From the NCBI RefSeq assembly GCF_000372725.1, contig NW_005202428.1:769221-789819 (forward strand): DNA of 20,599 nt, read 5' to 3'. The stretch comes from Emiliania huxleyi CCMP1516. Its lineage: Eukaryota. Below, one piece after another: positions 18,660 to 20,599 of the stretch. The position numbers and the translations under genes are program-made. Below the pieces are notes generated by a model. It ran no database searches. It was not told the origin of the DNA and was given only the letters and a program-made list of their open reading frames with translations. Within the stretch, counting starts at the first letter, position 1. The number at the start of each line of letters is the position of its first letter.

Positions 18660-20599
18660 GTCCCCGTGGGGGGGCGGCCACCTGGCCGTCCCGAAGTTTT
18701 CGGGGGACATTGACGGGACAGCGGCGCGTTGATTGGCAGTGGAGGGGCCCCCTACTCCGGCACCCTGTCCGCGCCGCCCGGCGAGTGCACGCTCGACATG
18801 TACGACTCGTACGGCGACGGCTGGAACGGCAACTTGTGGGAGGGTGCGGGCTATACGTTCACGTTCGACTCCGGTTCCTATGGCAGCGCGACCTTCACCC
18901 TCACCGCCCTCCCTCCGTCCTCTCCGCCGTCACCGTCCCTGCCGCCGCTGCCGCCGCTGCCGGGCTACTGCTTCGCCACCTCGGCGGTCGCATCCAAGGG
19001 CGTCGTTGTCCCCAAGATTGTCGGCCCCAAGATTGTCGGCGGCGCGCCCGTCGACCCCGCGCGCAAGTATATGCCCGCCCCGCCCTCCCGCGCCAACGCC
19101 GCGCTCCGTTTCGCCACCCGCCGCCGTCTGCTGACAGGTACACCTGGCTCGTCTCGCTCCAGTACCACGGCGGCTTCCACTTCTGTGGCGGCACGCTCAT
19201 CGCGCCCGATTGGGTGCTCACCGCCGCGCACTGCACGCAAGGCACCGTCGGCCGCGTGGCCGTCGGCATGCATGTCGTCGCCGACGTGAACACCGACCCG
19301 TGCGTCTCCTTGCACGAGGTGGCGGAGATCTTGAACCACGACTACGGCTCTCCCAATTCAGAAAGCAACGACGTCTCGCTGCTCAAGCTCGCCACGCCTG
19401 TGACCGGCTATGCGCCCATCGACTTGCTCGACGGCCCGGGCATGGACACGCCCTTCCAGGAGCACCTCGCCATGCTCACCGTCGCCGGCTGGGGCACCAT
19501 GTCCTCCGGCGTGTCCTCGCCGGAGGCCATGGAGGTCGACGTGCCGGTGGTCCAGAATGAGGACTGCAACGTTGACTACAGTGGCCAGATTGACGACACG
19601 ATGATCTGCGCCGGCGACACCGTGAATGGCGGCGAGGACGCGTGCCAGGGCGACTCGGGTGGCCCCCTCTTCGGCATCGACGCCGACGGCAACTACGTGC
19701 TCACGGGCATCGTGAGCTGGGGCATCGGCTGCGCCGACGCCGACTTCCCGGGCGTCTACGCGCGCGTCTCCCACGCTAGTGAGTGGATCTGCGCGAGGAC
19801 GGACGGCGCGGTCTGTGGATTCAGCCCGCCCTCGCCGCCGCCTCCCTCGCCGCCGCCGCCCTCGCCGCCGTCCCCGCCACGGTCGCCGTCCCCGCCTCCG
19901 CCCTCCGCCTCGCCCTCGCCGCCGCCGCCTTCTGTCTCGCCCTCGCCTCCGCCGCCGCCGCTCCAGATCGACGGGTTTACGTTCGTTGGCTGCTACAAGG
20001 ACGACGCCGACCGGGACCTGTCCGTGCACAAAAAAGGTGAGTATGATCACGTCGAGTGCGACAGCGCATGCAAGGGCTACGCGTACTTTGCGCTGCAGTA
20101 CGGCGACGAGTGCTTCTGCGGCGACTCGTACGGCACCCCTGAGGATCTTTATCCGCGCCTCCCGGATGGCGACTGTCAGCGGACAGGCTACTGCGCGACG
20201 TGTGGTGGCGGCTGGGCGAACGCGGTGTTTATCGTGGCGCCGCCGCCGCCGTCGACCTCGCCCTCGCCGCCGCCACCGCCCGCGCCTCCGTCGCCGCCAC
20301 CAGCAGCGCAGCTGCTCGACCTTCGCACGGCCACCACGTACCAGGACTCGAGCGTCTACAACAAGCAGGCGCCCGTGAGCGACCTGTCATATGCCGACAG
20401 CACGACGGGACGACCGTGGGCCGAGTGCGGCCACTACACAAGCCACACGTGGGGCGTCGACCTCGGGAGCGAGGTGTATGTGCGCTACGTGCGGCTGCAG
20501 AACCGCAACGACTGCTGCGCGGAGCGGCTGACGGACGTCGTCATCGGCTCGGCTCGACGGCGGAGACGTACACGGGCAACGCTTAGGGGAGTCGGACGT
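18660..20599 (+). CDS. Modular extracellular protein, partial: DSYGDGWNG domain + trypsin-like S1 protease + WSC domain + F-type lectin-like domain, joined by Pro/Ser linkers
   Basis: GGAPYSG...CTLDMYDSYGDGWNGN; KIVGG; intron 19067-19137; HFCGGTLIAPDWVLTAAHC, NDVSLLKL, EDACQGDSGGPL, GIVSWGIGCA..PGVYARVS; WSC FVGCYKD...C...C...YFALQYGDECFCG...CGGGWANAVF; WGVDLG...VRLQNRNDCCAERL. Most of it is absent from the ORF track because the frame reaches the window end without a stop. Confidence 0.95.

Noticed and set aside
17838..18730. Odd S8 residues (HGTHG, STSLEG, IVESAGN) and frameshifts at 18615-18730
   Set aside because: Adjacent to a contig end, so more likely low-quality bases than biology. 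The same applies to the shift near 20545.

Overview
GC-rich eukaryotic draft sequence with two N gaps (14810-14909, 18264-18614). Short introns with frequent GC and GA donors and intronic 10-11-bp repeats suggest a haptophyte such as Emiliania/Gephyrocapsa huxleyi (inference). Recognisable genes are a single-exon hypothetical membrane protein (-), a probably damaged ZIP metal transporter (+), an ionotropic glutamate-receptor-like channel (+), an F-box protein (-), a formylglycine-dependent sulfatase (+), and a secreted modular protease locus (+): subtilisin S8, gap, DSYGDGWNG domain, trypsin S1, WSC, F-type lectin. Two regions (1-3320 and 15300-16560) are mosaics of gene fragments sharing a ~150-bp dispersed repeat. 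The first holds two overlapping halves of a PARP/NEURL4-like ADP-ribosyltransferase that the ORF track largely misses. The most systematic hidden pattern is that many introns are bracketed by duplications of exon sequence spanning the splice junction, which accounts for their non-canonical donors, and three introns share one 3' splice-site cassette. All gene models and family calls were made by eye, without transcript or database support.
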